Part shown: in pieces, positions 33,397 through 46,354 of the stretch
How the letters are laid out: each line of letters opens with the position of its first letter
How positions within the stretch are numbered: position 1 is the stretch's first letter
Assembly: GCA_024346625.1 (NCBI GenBank)
Contig: AP024666.1
Coordinates: 1,302,001-1,366,000 of the forward strand
Direction of reading: 5' to 3'
DNA: 64,000 nt
DNA from: Williopsis jadinii
Lineage: Eukaryota
Translations under genes and position numbers: made by a program
The notes under the pieces: generated by a model
Databases searched by the model: none
Told to the model about the DNA's origin: nothing
Seen by the model: the letters and a program-made list of their open reading frames with translations, nothing else

Positions 33397-34692
33397 AGTG
33401 TCGAGATCTTAGAACAATCGCCCATGGCTGACAAAGGTGATGAGGTTGAGGCTCCCAAGGAAAAGCCGAAAGCTGCGCCACGGAAGAAGAGTACCAAATC
33501 ATCCCAGCAGACAATCAAGCTAATACGCACCGTCAACGATGTCCCTGCGAATCCAAAGAAAAAGACGATGCAACCAAGCATCATCAACCTCATGAATCTT
33601 GATGACGATGTTTCAACGGCAAAGACCGCTGTGGAGCCCATGTCTTCTACAGCTGATACTACAAAAGCTGTTGATACTACAAAAGCTGTTGATACTACAA
33701 AAGCTGTTGAATCAGAAGCTGCAAATACCAGCGCAGCGGAAACGCTCCCACAATCCAATGCAGAGGTACCAGCAACTGCTACAACCGCAACGCCATCTTC
33801 CACGAAGGATAAGCCCAAAGTTCAGAGGAAAAGGAAACCTGCTGACCCCAACACCAAGAAGAAAGTGACAAAGAAGACCACCACCTCAACCTCAGTCACG
33901 CCTTCTGTGGATAAGCCTGAGCCCGAGAAGCCGGTGCTCTCTTTTAACGAACTGCAAAATCAATCTTTGAAGAAGCCTAATCCATCATCCTCTTTACCTC
34001 CGCCGCAGATGGTGGACACCACGACGAAGCCGACATCGAAGGAAGAACCAATAGTGGCAATCCATGTGCCACTGTTCTCTAAAGACGAATCGCTTGGATC
34101 CACCCAGGTGGTGTTCAACGTTATGAAGATGTGTGAGGATAAGTACGGATGGAAGGCAATTCATCCAAATGCCTCAAAGTTCGACATGGATCTGTACAAC
34201 GACGATGAATTGGATGAAGACGATGACAACGATGCAATGGATGACGATCAAGAACAGCATGAAGAGGTGCCAAAGGCACCTGTCAAGATTGACAAGAGAA
34301 GATTACAAAAGGGTAAGCCCAAGATTGGTCAATATGACTACGAGGATCCCTTTATTGATGATTCTGAAACGCTTTGGGAAGAGCAGAGAGCATCTACAAA
34401 AGATGGGTTCTTTGTATACTGGGGTCCATTGGTTGAGGAAGGTAAAAACGCTGTCATTGAGAGGGCAGATGGGACAGTTAAAAGAACAAGAAAACGTGTT
34501 GCCGGTACGACTAATAATGCTGGATCGTCTCGTAAAAGGCAGGCAACCAACAAACAACCAGTACAAATTGCACCAACACCAGCACAATCAACCTCAACAA
34601 CTAAAGCATCGGCAAGTAAAGCATCATCAACTACTCCTGCTCCGGTAGAACATACCACACAGGACGGAGAGCCTGCCACCACTTCTTCATAG
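32917..34692 (+). CDS. HPC2: HIR complex subunit Hpc2, 2 exons (32917-32932, 33020-34692)
   Basis: Spliced MSQGKGISISSLL; VVFNVMKMCEDKYGW; HUN/HRD domain IGQYDYEDPFIDDSETLWEEQRASTKDGFFVYWGPL; next to YBP1 as in S. cerevisiae; internal DTTKAV x3 repeat. Confidence 0.92.
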
Positions 34693-34750
34693 ACGGCTTC
34701 ATGATTGTACATAAACCACTTTTAATGGAAAACTGTGTATTAACTCCTAC

Positions 34751-36740
34751 TTACAATGATGTGTTACTGCTGTCTAAAAACTTGTTTAACAAGTCACAAG
34801 CCATAGAGGCGAACTCCAAATTGGCAGCGTCATCGTCGAGTTCTGTAGATGGTGCCTTTGCTAATTTGTCTTCAGTGAGGACCACGATCTCTTTGATCTT
34901 GTTCTTTGGGAATTGATCCTTAACACCCACCAAAAAGTTCAAATATCCCAAAAGAATCTTGAACTTGCTCGTATCAACGGACTGTACCTTTTCGTCAAAC
35001 GTTTCATCAATACATTCACGAATCAGCGCGTATATATCATCAGTACGGTCAATAGATAAATGAATATAACGTCTCTGTGGAAGAGCCGGCTTTGTTGTTC
35101 TTTCTTTTGATTCGGTTAATGATGCATCTTGCAATTTCTCTGCAAGTGAATCAACATCCGGTCTTGTTCTAATGCACAGATCCTTCAAGATGTTAATCAC
35201 TGCGGCCTTGGCATTGTCAAATGGAGCAGTGGTTAACGTATCAATGAGAAAGTTGTAAGCAATGGACTCCTCAAGCATACACAGGACACGAACCAAAAAA
35301 GTATATGCTGTCCAACGGAAAACTTCATCGTCATCGGTGGAAGAGTAATAGACTATGGTTTGTAGAAACAGGATTATTTGGTAATGTGGAACCTTGGCCA
35401 ATTGCTCTGGTGTTGCGTGTGTGATCGCAGCCCAGTCATAAAACAGAGCACCATCCAAGGCACCTTTGGACTTGAATTGTTCAGAGAACAACCCAGGCGA
35501 GAGGAATCGCAAGTGAAGAGCAATGGCCTCTTGGATTGTCAGATCTGGGATTTGGTCCTTTTCATAAAACTCAAGTACAGTCAAGTATAAGATACCGACA
35601 TCGTTGAGTGGGATGGTCTTTGACTGCGGATTGTACATAGTTTCAATCTTGTTGCTAACAGAGATTTTAACATAATCTTGAATCTGGGCATCGTCACTCT
35701 TGGAGTCAACAACTTTAGAGAGCAATGACATGGAATCTTTCTTCAGTTTTTCAAATTCGTCGTACATATCCATGTCAAACGATTCAGAGAGTGTCAGTAT
35801 ACGAAGGAAACAATCCGTGGTTGACGTAATGATTTCATCGCCACGCTCATGTGTAACCTTTTGACCAGTACATTTCAATTTCAAGTCGTTACAGAATTTT
35901 GCACTGAACGAAAGAGACCGTTCTTTTGTAGCTAAGCCAACAACGTTCGTAATGAAACTTTGTAACAGTGTACGTTGCAGATAGTTCTCATCGTCGTCGA
36001 TCATCTGGGCCTCCTTTTGCGAGATACCATGCTCCTCTAAATACTCAGCTGGTTTCAAAGGTGGTATATAATCTCTTGCAAATGAATACAAACGACGAGC
36101 GATAAACCTTGTCAGCGTTGTATGTTTCAGGTACTGTGAGTACGCCTTCAACAGCGCACTCAGTGCCATGGAAAGGAACTTTGAAGGGTAAATGGTATTA
36201 ATACGCTTCAACGAACTTGATACAAGCTCCAACAGTGCATAAATTTTGAGGTCCAAGATCAATTCATCCTTGCCCTCGTTGTGAGAGAAATCCAAATCGT
36301 TGAGCAATTCAATACTCTTCAAGAACGTCTCCTTGGGGTTACCATTCTTTGCAACGATCTCAAACCCACGCATGATGAGCCTAATGGCCTGTTTCTCCTC
36401 GTTGTTATCACCATAACACCAATCCAAATCAAATAGATCCAGCAATAACTCGGGAATATCCCATCCAATCTCCTCTACAATATCCACATTGTCCTCCAGG
36501 ATCTTGTAAAAGCCCTTGATCAACAGGGTTCTCTCAGCACTCGAGAACCGTGAAGTATCGGACAGGTAAACATCCAGCAAAGTGGCGTAGGAGATATAGT
36601 CATCTGTCTCCTGGACAAGGTGTTAGTATCTCGGCACATACGAGGACATACAACATAAAGCTTACTCTGAGCTCCTTCAGGGCACTGTTGAAGTACCCCA
36701 CAATCTTCTCGGCAGATGGCTGCTCAGTTTCTTGCGACAT
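34751..36740 (-). CDS. YBP1: Yap1-binding protein, 2 exons (36740-36666, 36610-34751)
   Basis: Spliced ...ALKELRETDDYISYATLLDVY; EIGWDIP, GNPKETFL, TIYPSKFL, RRLYSFARDY; intron GTAAGC..TACTAAC..CAG. Confidence 0.88.
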
Positions 36741-39639
36741 CTCGTCAATTGATAACACCTTGTTGTACCTGTGTGTATTGCTTGTGTAGGCTAAAAGTTG
36801 AAATGGGTTGTTGCTCCACCCAAACTTCGAAACACGACATCCGGACATCGGACATTGATTATGTAATACGCTCTTCTAGTGGGAGGTAGACACAGCATGG
36901 AAGCAGCATGGAAGCAGCACTTGTGTTGATTATGACGTTGAACACTGGATTGATGAGTGAAGCTGTGAGAGGGTGATGTCATTGGGTGCTGAACATACGG
37001 GACCGAGTTATTTGTAAAATTTGCTGCGTAGAGGCCAAGATATGTAGACTTTCTACCCCAGTGACTGCCATCTGTTACTCATTCAGCACGACAAGAAATG
37101 TTCTCTACGATGCCAATGAAGCCCCCCCCCCCATTAGTGGGAGAGCCTATTCTATTGATCGCTCTAGAAGTGAAAGCTGGGACTTAACGGTTCAGTAGAC
37201 CCTGTAAATGGTTTATAGGCTCTTGATGCAACAAGGATCGTGTGCAGAGAATGGCTCAATCAATTAAGTTTGACAGCCTTTAGTACATCTACCCTTTTGA
37301 TGAGCCACTCCTCCTGTACAAGAAGCCAGTTCTACTTGGATCAAGACAATGTAGAACCATTAGTGAGCACAACAAAGACAGGACGATGCCCAGAGCCAAT
37401 TGACCCAGTAACTGTGGGCTACGTACAGTCGCGCAAACCTGGACTTGGTATACAATAGTGCCAATCTTTGTCTCAGCATGTATCCTTCGTAAATGAGCCG
37501 GATGTTCTGGTGAGAATAGTCCTTCACAAGCTGGACTGGTAAGGACGACCCCACCTCCTTTGATCCTTCGTATCGTAATCCCACCTCAAATGCTGAGATC
37601 AGCAAATATGGAGATAATATCCCCAACCTTGTGCATCAGTGTATGAAGATATCATAAAGCAATGACGGATGTTTCCTCATGTCAACCATCTATACAACCA
37701 AGTCCGATATGGCCCACACTCTCCGCCATCCTTTCCCTGTGCGGCACGAGGCCCTAACGAATCTGGACGTATGTATGTAATTTGATGAGCTTCTTCTCGC
37801 AACATGGCTCGTGAAACAGGACCACAGCCACTGTCGTGAGTCTGCCAATCCCGGTTTCATCCCTGGTTCTTTCACGCTGTTCCATGAGTGCTTCAACATT
37901 CTGTCCTATCCAAAGTGTGAAGTCCAGAAAGCCTGCATATAGACACGTCGATCTCTGAACAACTCCTCGTGAATCTCTGACTTACCCCATGTCAAACCTT
38001 CATCTTATCCTGTGGCACAACCTGAACTCTTGCGTAGATTAAGTGGCATTCTAAGAGAAAAAATATCATAAGCACACACGTTCCATATGCCCGTGACTGC
38101 TTCGTTTGGTCTACGAAATGGAGAGTGTCGAAGTTGGAGGTGGCGGGTGTGACAGGCTTCCAGGGTTATTTTCCCCACATTTTGGCCTTTGTTGCTCGTG
38201 CGAGCACCACCTCTCTCTGTTTTAGTACGAATCCTGGCCTTCCTGTGTGTGTAGCTCTACCCGTCTTATCTTCATCAGTAGGTTGTTTTACCTCCAATCC
38301 TGTCTTCTAGTCCCGCGGGCAATAGAATCCCCCGCTGCTTCATTATTAATCCGCTAAGCAATGTGGACCAAGAGTTGACGATCCTTGTCGCTAATTACAC
38401 CGCTCCTATCTCCTTCTAATTCCTTCCGTCGAAGCACACTCCGCAACACTCGTTCTCTGAAGCTTGCAGAGACTACACTCGTCTTCCGAGCTGCTTAAGA
38501 CGATACGTTTGATGCCTTGACAGCGCTTCACCACCAGTAGTTATGCCACTAAATTTCACCCGGAGCGACCTACGTCGTTGTAACTTCTCATGCCCCCAAC
38601 GCCCAAGCTGACGTCCAAGGCTTTCTCCACGCATACAACCCAGTTAGCAAAATAAGAAAAGCAAATGGCTAAGACATTGTACAGCCCGCACGAGTCCGCT
38701 ATTATCCGCTCGCATCATTGCAGATCAATTCACCCACAACTATGACTGCTGTGCTCCAAGTCAGCAGTAAAAAGAAACTGCTATTTATGTGCCAATAAGC
38801 AAAGAATGCAAGCTGACGGTGCTCGTATCAGGCCGTGATGTAAGTGAATCCCGGCAACAGTCCACAATTTATCCAGCAATTTATCCAGCAATTAGGCGAG
38901 AGCTTGGTACATGAGACTGTCTTGAAAATGTTGAGTCGAGGTGACGATGGCGTGTTTATTCTCGTTTAGCAGTTACCACCAAGCAGCACTTTTGCTTGCT
39001 TTGTTTGTAGGGACGAACAAAGGTGCCCATGTTACCACGGCCTTGAAACCTGACCGTTGAGTTAGCTCCGTGTCTCCATCTGCAACAACTCATGTAATCT
39101 CATTGCATTGAGGGGTACGTATTGGAGGCCTGAGCACCACCCACAACTGCTTGGAGGTGGAGGGGAGACTCCATGGGAGAAAGCGGTGAAGCCCAGGAGA
39201 AGGCGTCGGGCAAACATCATCCACTGTTTGTCAGTCCAGGGCGGGCAAGACCTGGAGTCTAAATGCAGACGCTGAGTTGTTCTGGACAAGCAATTTTGAC
39301 GCGAGCTTGCTTACACTTGATGAAGTCTCCCGGACAGGTGACAATAACCGGAAGGCAAAGTGTAATGTATACCTACTCACTATGATTCGACTAGTCCAAG
39401 AAAACGCAAGGGAGGGGAATTGGAGGCCTTGTGATCCATCATTGTACACAGCACACAGCATGCAACATACGCGCTCTGTAGAGTCCGTTGATATTTCCTC
39501 TATCCGTTTACCAAGAATTACAGTTGATACCATCCCCAGTATATAAGTACGCTTCAAAGTCCCCATTTCCACCACTTCCACTGAGCCTTCCTAACAAATA
39601 TTTGCAACAAGATAACTAATACACATACTCCGATAAACA

Positions 39640-40932
39640 ATGGATGGGATTACATCATTGCTTCATTCTATGACAAACGGTGCCGCAAGCGGCACAGGTA
39701 TCCTTAAGCTGTTGCCTATGGCACAGGACATGTTTGGAGGCACTGTCCCGGACTACCTCGTGAAGTACTCCTTGAGTCAGCAGATTGCCATCTTTGGTGA
39801 CTACCCGACATCCGATGACATAGCACCAAGTGCAATCTTCACGGCTATTTTTGCAATCTTTTTCATTGCACACAGCTATGTGTTTCTGAAGAACATGTCT
39901 AGAGGACATAAATTTTGGCTTTCGATTGGGTTTGCCTTTTACACGCTCATGAGAGTTGTAGGGTTTGCCATGAGAATATCCTGGGCCGATGATATTCAGC
40001 GTTTAAGAGTGGGAATGGCATCTGAGGTGTTTATCATTGTTCCCATCGTGCTCTTGGCCAGTTTCAACTTGGTTTTGGCTCAGAGAATCTTTACATGGCG
40101 CCACCCTCACATTGGTTCCAAGAATTGGTTCTGGGCGTGTATGATAATCGTCTACACCGTTGTAACCGGTGTGGTTGTCATGGCCATCTTGGGTGCTCTT
40201 ATTCCTTACATTTACTTTTTGTCTGAGCACCACTATACAATGTGCAAGCAAGTTGTTCGTGCTGCCGCAGTGCTCTGTGTCCTTTACTCCGTCTTGGCCA
40301 TCAACTTGGTGATTGGTGCGTTCCTCATCAAGCCAACTCCAAAATCGGACAAGATCTGGACTTACCAACCTTGGTGGATTGAGAGCTTTGGTCTTTTCTA
40401 CTACGTTAAGAAGAATGCGTGCCAAAAGGCTGAAGAGACCTTTGCCATTCGTGAACCATCCGCTGAGGATGCTGTCAGAATCATCCCATCAACTACTCAC
40501 TACCACAATACTTTGGAGAAGGTGCAATCCGTAACCTCGAAGAAGGGTACCTTGACTCACAATACATCCATTGCCATCATTGCTTTGACCACCATTATCC
40601 TGCTTATCTCTTCGATTTTCAGATGCGTCTCAACTTTCATCGACCAGACGTATGCTAACCAATCTTGGATCTTTGACAACACCGTCATGTACATTATGTT
40701 CGGTGCGCTTGAAACCATCATCAATCTTGCTTACCTCATTGGTCGTGTTGACTTGAGATTCTACAGACCAGACAAGCTCAAGAAGGGATTGTGTGGCTCT
40801 CTCCATGGATTGAATAATGGTCAGGAAGAGACCCTGAGAGGTTCTCAAACCAATGTTGATGAGGAGAAGGCTTTGACTCAGCACATGAGTGGCGACCACT
40901 CATCCCACAGTTCCTCTGTTCTTGGTGTTTAA
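39640..40932 (+). CDS. Fungal multi-pass membrane protein (DUF3112/RTA1-like)
   Basis: FGDYPTSDDIAPSAIF, RGHKFWLS, NLVLAQRIFTWRHP, RVDLRFYRPD; about 7 hydrophobic segments; TATA-like TATATAA at 39540. Confidence 0.7.
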   Translation: MDGITSLLHSMTNGAASGTGILKLLPMAQDMFGGTVPDYLVKYSLSQQIAIFGDYPTSDDIAPSAIFTAIFAIFFIAHSYVFLKNMSRGHKFWLSIGFAFYTLMRVVGFAMRISWADDIQRLRVGMASEVFIIVPIVLLASFNLVLAQRIFTWRHPHIGSKNWFWACMIIVYTVVTGVVVMAILGALIPYIYFLSEHHYTMCKQVVRAAAVLCVLYSVLAINLVIGAFLIKPTPKSDKIWTYQPWWIESFGLFYYVKKNACQKAEETFAIREPSAEDAVRIIPSTTHYHNTLEKVQSVTSKKGTLTHNTSIAIIALTTIILLISSIFRCVSTFIDQTYANQSWIFDNTVMYIMFGALETIINLAYLIGRVDLRFYRPDKLKKGLCGSLHGLNNGQEETLRGSQTNVDEEKALTQHMSGDHSSHSSSVLGV

Positions 40933-43900
40933 GACTATCAAGTGATAGCTCTTCTCTCTATTGGTCGAATCTGGTCTCACTGAGTCCTCTGATCATTTTG
41001 AACACCATATATCCTCATGGGCTGGATCCCTTGGTCAGAGACAATCCCACCGTTTGCTTAGTTAGTTAGTTAGTTTGTTTTTTGTTCTTTTTTCTTTGAG
41101 AAATGACATAATTTGGATCTACCACATGTAAATTCGCCAAATTGTAATTGCTGAATGCTGTGCCTGACACGCTTTCTCGATATTAATCAACTATATCTAT
41201 TCGCTTCAGAGTTGTAAGCCTTTGTGCATGGTTGTTTTCGTTTTTCGTCCACGCTTGACACAAAACTTGCAGCTGCCCTACTGCGGCCAGGTGTCGTTCG
41301 GCTACCAGTGCCGTGTGTCTACCGTTTGTATCTGCGCTTTGAGGTGCAACCTTTGCAATTGGCGTACGATGATGTACGATAACCGGTCGTTCATCCAGAC
41401 CTCGACGGGGCCTGTCGGTTCGAGACACTGTTTCGTTTGTAATAGACGTTTTGCAATCCATTCAGGTATAATTTCTACAGTGTTTTCAGAATGTACAGGC
41501 TTGTAGTTGGATAAGTTGTGTACCATTTGCACACGTATATGGGTTTGGAGTTGCTGGAATATGTGGTATTCTTGTGAGATCAGAGTTATTGGCAGCCAAG
41601 CGAAGCCCGCGGGAATAGTCATCTGTTAAATTATACTGGAGTTTCCCTCCCCTTAGTGATTAATAGTGACGTCTCTAAACTTTCGAAAGCTTATACGTCT
41701 GAATTGTACGGTGGAACAAAATCGCTGGTGACTTGAATGTGCCATACCGTCTTGAATGACTCTTCTGAAAGATGAAGAAAACTCACACATAATTTGAAGA
41801 AGGTTCAAGACTCTTATAAGATGAACCCAGAAGCACCACCTAGACCCAATTTCTCAAGATAGATGGAATATTAATGTCTATGAGAGCCCAATGCCTATTG
41901 CCAGGTGAAATCGAGAATTTCCGTTAACCAATGTCTAGAAATAGCGTAGTGAATCGACAGTAATCTACCTCATCAGCGATCTGTCGGAAAACCTTTCCCT
42001 TGATGTTACCAGCTGTACAGGAAAATGTGATTTGAAAGGAAACAATGTCTCAGAGCAAAGTGGTATATGTGAATAACGTCATTCTGAAAGCAACGCTACT
42101 ATATGTATTGTGATATCCTCAAGTGAAGCTCAAAAGAAATTGATGGTTCTTTCAATATGCAGAAGCTGGGAATTCTTGTTCTGAAATGGGTTACATTCAA
42201 CTTCTAAAGGGTGTCAACAGTAACTAAAGAATGCTGGGCAACAAAGCATCAACAAGTCGATAATACAGAAGGCACGAATATCTTCTTTGGTACCAGACAA
42301 CAAAGTACGCGGAAGTATACTCACTTATGTGAAAGGAAGTCTGTGTAACGTATAGTGTTCTGTTACGTGTACAAAAGAGGGAGTCCAGCGCAAGAAACCA
42401 ATGATTCTGCGGATTCCCGTCATCTGTAAAGGTTAAGTTTTGCATCAGTTGTGAATTCGTTGAGTGTAACCACTGTCTCCTCAATGTCGGAAGATCCTGA
42501 ACTTTTGCTCTGATCCTTGGCTGTCAATGTTCGCCGGTGCTGTACTATCTGCTATGCATTCCAATGCGTAGTGGTTGTGTACATTATTTGGTTCATTGTA
42601 GTCCATAGAGAGAGAGGAAACTTACAATCATGTGCTTTTGCCAGCAGTCATTGTTCTTGGACAACCCTACCAGGTTTGAAGCTTTGTACTGATATCGTTA
42701 ATAGGCAGGCTCTAATACCAGCTAGCTGTGTTTAGCTCCTCATGATGTATCTTGCTAGAATGCGATGGGAGGCTCTGTTTCTGTGCATAAACATGAGTTC
42801 AAAACATACGACAAGGTAGGAGAAGAAGAACTTCACAAATAGCATCGAGTGCTGGAAGCATTACCCCGTCCCCAAAGTTTTGAGCTTTACCTTCTCCTCT
42901 CTCTCTACCCATCTACCACATTATCTGAATTATTATAATACCTCCTAATTGCAAAAAGCTATCAAAAGGCGTTTTTTCGACTTTGAGGGCATATTGATGC
43001 CAAAGCAACATTGACGGGCTCGCTTAGACCTTCAGTAACCTTCACGATCATCCCGCCAAACTACATTCCATAGAGGCAAAATTCAAATGCAAGCCTCTTA
43101 AAACCAAAAATCTTAAGATAGGTTTATACACCGCACATATTTAGATTCTACACAAACTAGAGCACTCGCTTTTCGGAAGGCTCAATAAAGTGTATAGCAT
43201 AAGCGTCGCATATCATTACTCTACTTTCACAAGCAAGTACCCCTTCTCCCTCCACTGGATCTCCTCCTCCTACATACATGCAATGCGAAGAAGCTTTGAC
43301 CATTGAGATAGACCGCAAGCGCAAACGTTTTGCATGTGGGTGTCGCAACGTTTGAGTTTTTGCTACACCCAGACACACAGAAAAGCCAAAGTCGACACCA
43401 AAGATTATCGAACGGTTTTAGTAGTACTACAAGTTCAACAAGCTATATCAGAGAGCCTGATAGCAATCAATGCTTCACCCAGGTTACATTATCTGACGCA
43501 CAGAGGTACGTATAACTTCAGGATCTCACGACATGAGGCTACTGTATGTGTGGTATGTCAGCTGATTAAAACACAGGCCTTGTAGCTATTCCATAAATAA
43601 AATCTGCGCGCGGGACTCGTCCAAAACAGTAATTAAGAACTCTCCAAAGTGTGTTACAAGTTGCACAGCTTCATCAGACATCGGCCAATCAGCTCTGAGA
43701 ATGTAAGGTGGCTCCAGACGCGCACTGCGAAAAGGGTGCACTTTGTTCAGAGTAGGACGGGGACCCTCGTTAAATCCTGCGGGAATGAGATACGCCGCAG
43801 CTGCCCCGTCGCGCCTTCTAATTCGTCAAGCGTTTGACGAACGGCACCAAACGATTTCATAGGCGCACAAACCCGGACATCCACTTTTTCAAAATGGGCG

Positions 43901-44680
43901 TCTTGCGGGAACTCTACAAGAGCAGCTAGGAACGAGAGAGAGACCTGGCACCTGTATTCGGTAAGTTACACGCCAATAATGCGCCCAGTTCAAGGGCCAA
44001 AGAGAGGTTGGAAGTTTGGAACGCTCGCAGAATGACCCTCCCAGTCTCCGTGTGTGACACAGGAGCGGCGCCAGCGGCCAACAAATTATACACAGGGCGT
44101 CAACCATAGGAAGGGGAAGCAAAGGGTCGTGATGTCCACCTGAGAAAGCCACGCCATGAGTGTGGGGTTGTTTCCTTGCTTGATGTACAGGTGATCATGG
44201 TTAGGTTGTTGATCTGGTCCGCCAGAAAAGTAGCTGGGTTCCGCCTCTCTGTATGTACATTTTCACGCTCTCGAAGCCAACAAATCCATCACAACGGTTG
44301 TCATGCGCTGTTTGTGGCCAGTTCCTGGGCTTTGTTTGTGGCGGGGGGTAAATAAGAACAAAAAAGAATAAACGCGCCGTTGGCACAAAAAACTCTATTT
44401 TATCTTGATAGCGGAGCTTAGCTGCGGCCCATGCGCATTTTCTTTTTCTGCTTAGAATCTACACCAATCCAACCATATAGATAAGCTGCAAAGGCTGATT
44501 CATACGTCTACCGATGTGTAGGGTTATCATCTCTGTAGAGCGTCTTCCGCATTAAAGTGGAAGCTTTCCTCGATTTTTTGGGGCATATAAAGAAAAGCAT
44601 ATCCCCCGATTCTGATCCATCATACGAAGCGCTCTTGCAACAACTAAGTAACACACACACACACATTACATCTTTAGAAT

Positions 44681-46354
44681 ATGTCTTCCATATCTCCTAA
44701 GTCTTCGAACATGAAGGACGAGAAGGCAAACTTCACCGTTGTCAACGAGTACGGTGAATCATCAGCCGGGTTCGTTGATGATATCGAGGTCCAAAATGAG
44801 CCAACAGAGGTTCAGTTGCACAAGGGTCTTAAGTCCCGTCATATTCAACTTATTGCCCTTGGTGGTTGTATCGGTACTGGTCTTTTCGTTGGTTCTGGTT
44901 CCGCCTTGGCCACTTGTGGTCCAGCTGGTTTGCTTACTGGTTATTTGATCTTGTCTACTGTTATTTTCTTTGTCATGAATGTTCTTGGTGAGATGGTTTG
45001 TTTCTTGCCTCAGAAAGGTGGTGCCGTGTCTGATTTGGCTAAGAGATACGTCGGTCCATCCATGGGTTTTGCTACTGGTTGGATTTACTACTACACTTTT
45101 GTCATCCTGGTGTGTACTGAGGTTACTGCTGCGGCCATTGTCATTGAATACTGGACCAAAGACGTTCACATTGCTGTTTGGATTGTGATCTTCTTGGCCG
45201 TCATCATTGGATTGAATTTCCTCGCTGTGCAGTACTATGGTGAATCTGAGTTTTGGTTTGCCTCTCTAAAGATCTTCTGTATTCTTGGGTTGATTATTGT
45301 TGGTATCGTTATCTTCTTCGGTGGTGGTCCAAATCAGAAAGGTGTCTTGGGTTTCCATTACTGGAAGGACCCAGGTGCATTTTCTTACCACTTGCTCCCA
45401 GGTAACACTGGTAGATTCTTGGACTGTTGGACTGGTGTCATCAAGTCTGGTTTCGCTTTCATTGTTGGTCCAGAATTGGTTGCCGTTGCCACTGCTGAAA
45501 CTCAGAGACCAAGAAGAAACATTTCCAAGGCTGCTACTAGATTCGTCTACAGATTGATGTTCTTCTACATTGTTGGTTCCATTGTCATTGGTGTTATTGT
45601 CCCATACAACAATCCAAACTTGCTTTCTGGTACTGGTAATGCTACCGCTTCTCCTTTCGTCATCGGTATCCAACTTGTCGGTATCAAAGTGCTCAACCAC
45701 ATCATCAACGCATGTATTTTGTCCTCTGCTTGGTCTTCTGGTAACTCCTTCTTCTACGCTGGTTCTCGTTTCCTTGCCAACATGGGTAACGACGGTGACG
45801 CTCCAAAATTCTTGTCCAAGACTAATAAGTACGGTGTTCCATATTACGCATGTGGTGTTACCACTGCCGTCTCTATGCTTTCCTTCTTGAACGTGAGTTC
45901 TAGTGGTGCCAATGTCTTTGCCTGGTTCTCTAACCTTTGTACCATTTCTGGTTTCATCGGATGGATCATTTGTGGTATCGCATACCTCAGATGGAGACAG
46001 GCTGTTATCTATAACGGTTTGTGGGACCGTGTTCCATTCAAGACAATCCTTCAACCATATGGTACTTACTACTTCATCTTTGTCATCACTTTGATCTGTA
46101 TCACCAACGGTTACGCTGTTTTCTTTGACTTCAATGGTGCAGACTTTGTCGCTGCCTACTTGACACTTCCAGTGTTCTTTGCATTGTACTTCGGACACAA
46201 GATCTGGTACAGAAACTGGAAATGGGCAATGCCAATTGAAGAGATTGACGTTATCTCAGGCTTGGATGACGCTGAAAGAATTGAAGCAGAGTTTGAGGCC
46301 AAAGCTAAACCTATCGTCAACATCTGGGACAAGTTCTACGATTGGTTGTTGTGA
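44681..46354 (+). CDS. PUT4: YAT-family amino-acid permease, proline permease-like
   Basis: GLKSRHIQLIALGGCIGTGLFVGSG, LATCGPAGL, YGESEFWFAS; ~12 TM; upstream GATAAG/TTATC sites at 44400-44530. Paralog assignment uncertain. Confidence 0.72.
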   Translation: MSSISPKSSNMKDEKANFTVVNEYGESSAGFVDDIEVQNEPTEVQLHKGLKSRHIQLIALGGCIGTGLFVGSGSALATCGPAGLLTGYLILSTVIFFVMNVLGEMVCFLPQKGGAVSDLAKRYVGPSMGFATGWIYYYTFVILVCTEVTAAAIVIEYWTKDVHIAVWIVIFLAVIIGLNFLAVQYYGESEFWFASLKIFCILGLIIVGIVIFFGGGPNQKGVLGFHYWKDPGAFSYHLLPGNTGRFLDCWTGVIKSGFAFIVGPELVAVATAETQRPRRNISKAATRFVYRLMFFYIVGSIVIGVIVPYNNPNLLSGTGNATASPFVIGIQLVGIKVLNHIINACILSSAWSSGNSFFYAGSRFLANMGNDGDAPKFLSKTNKYGVPYYACGVTTAVSMLSFLNVSSSGANVFAWFSNLCTISGFIGWIICGIAYLRWRQAVIYNGLWDRVPFKTILQPYGTYYFIFVITLICITNGYAVFFDFNGADFVAAYLTLPVFFALYFGHKIWYRNWKWAMPIEEIDVISGLDDAERIEAEFEAKAKPIVNIWDKFYDWLL

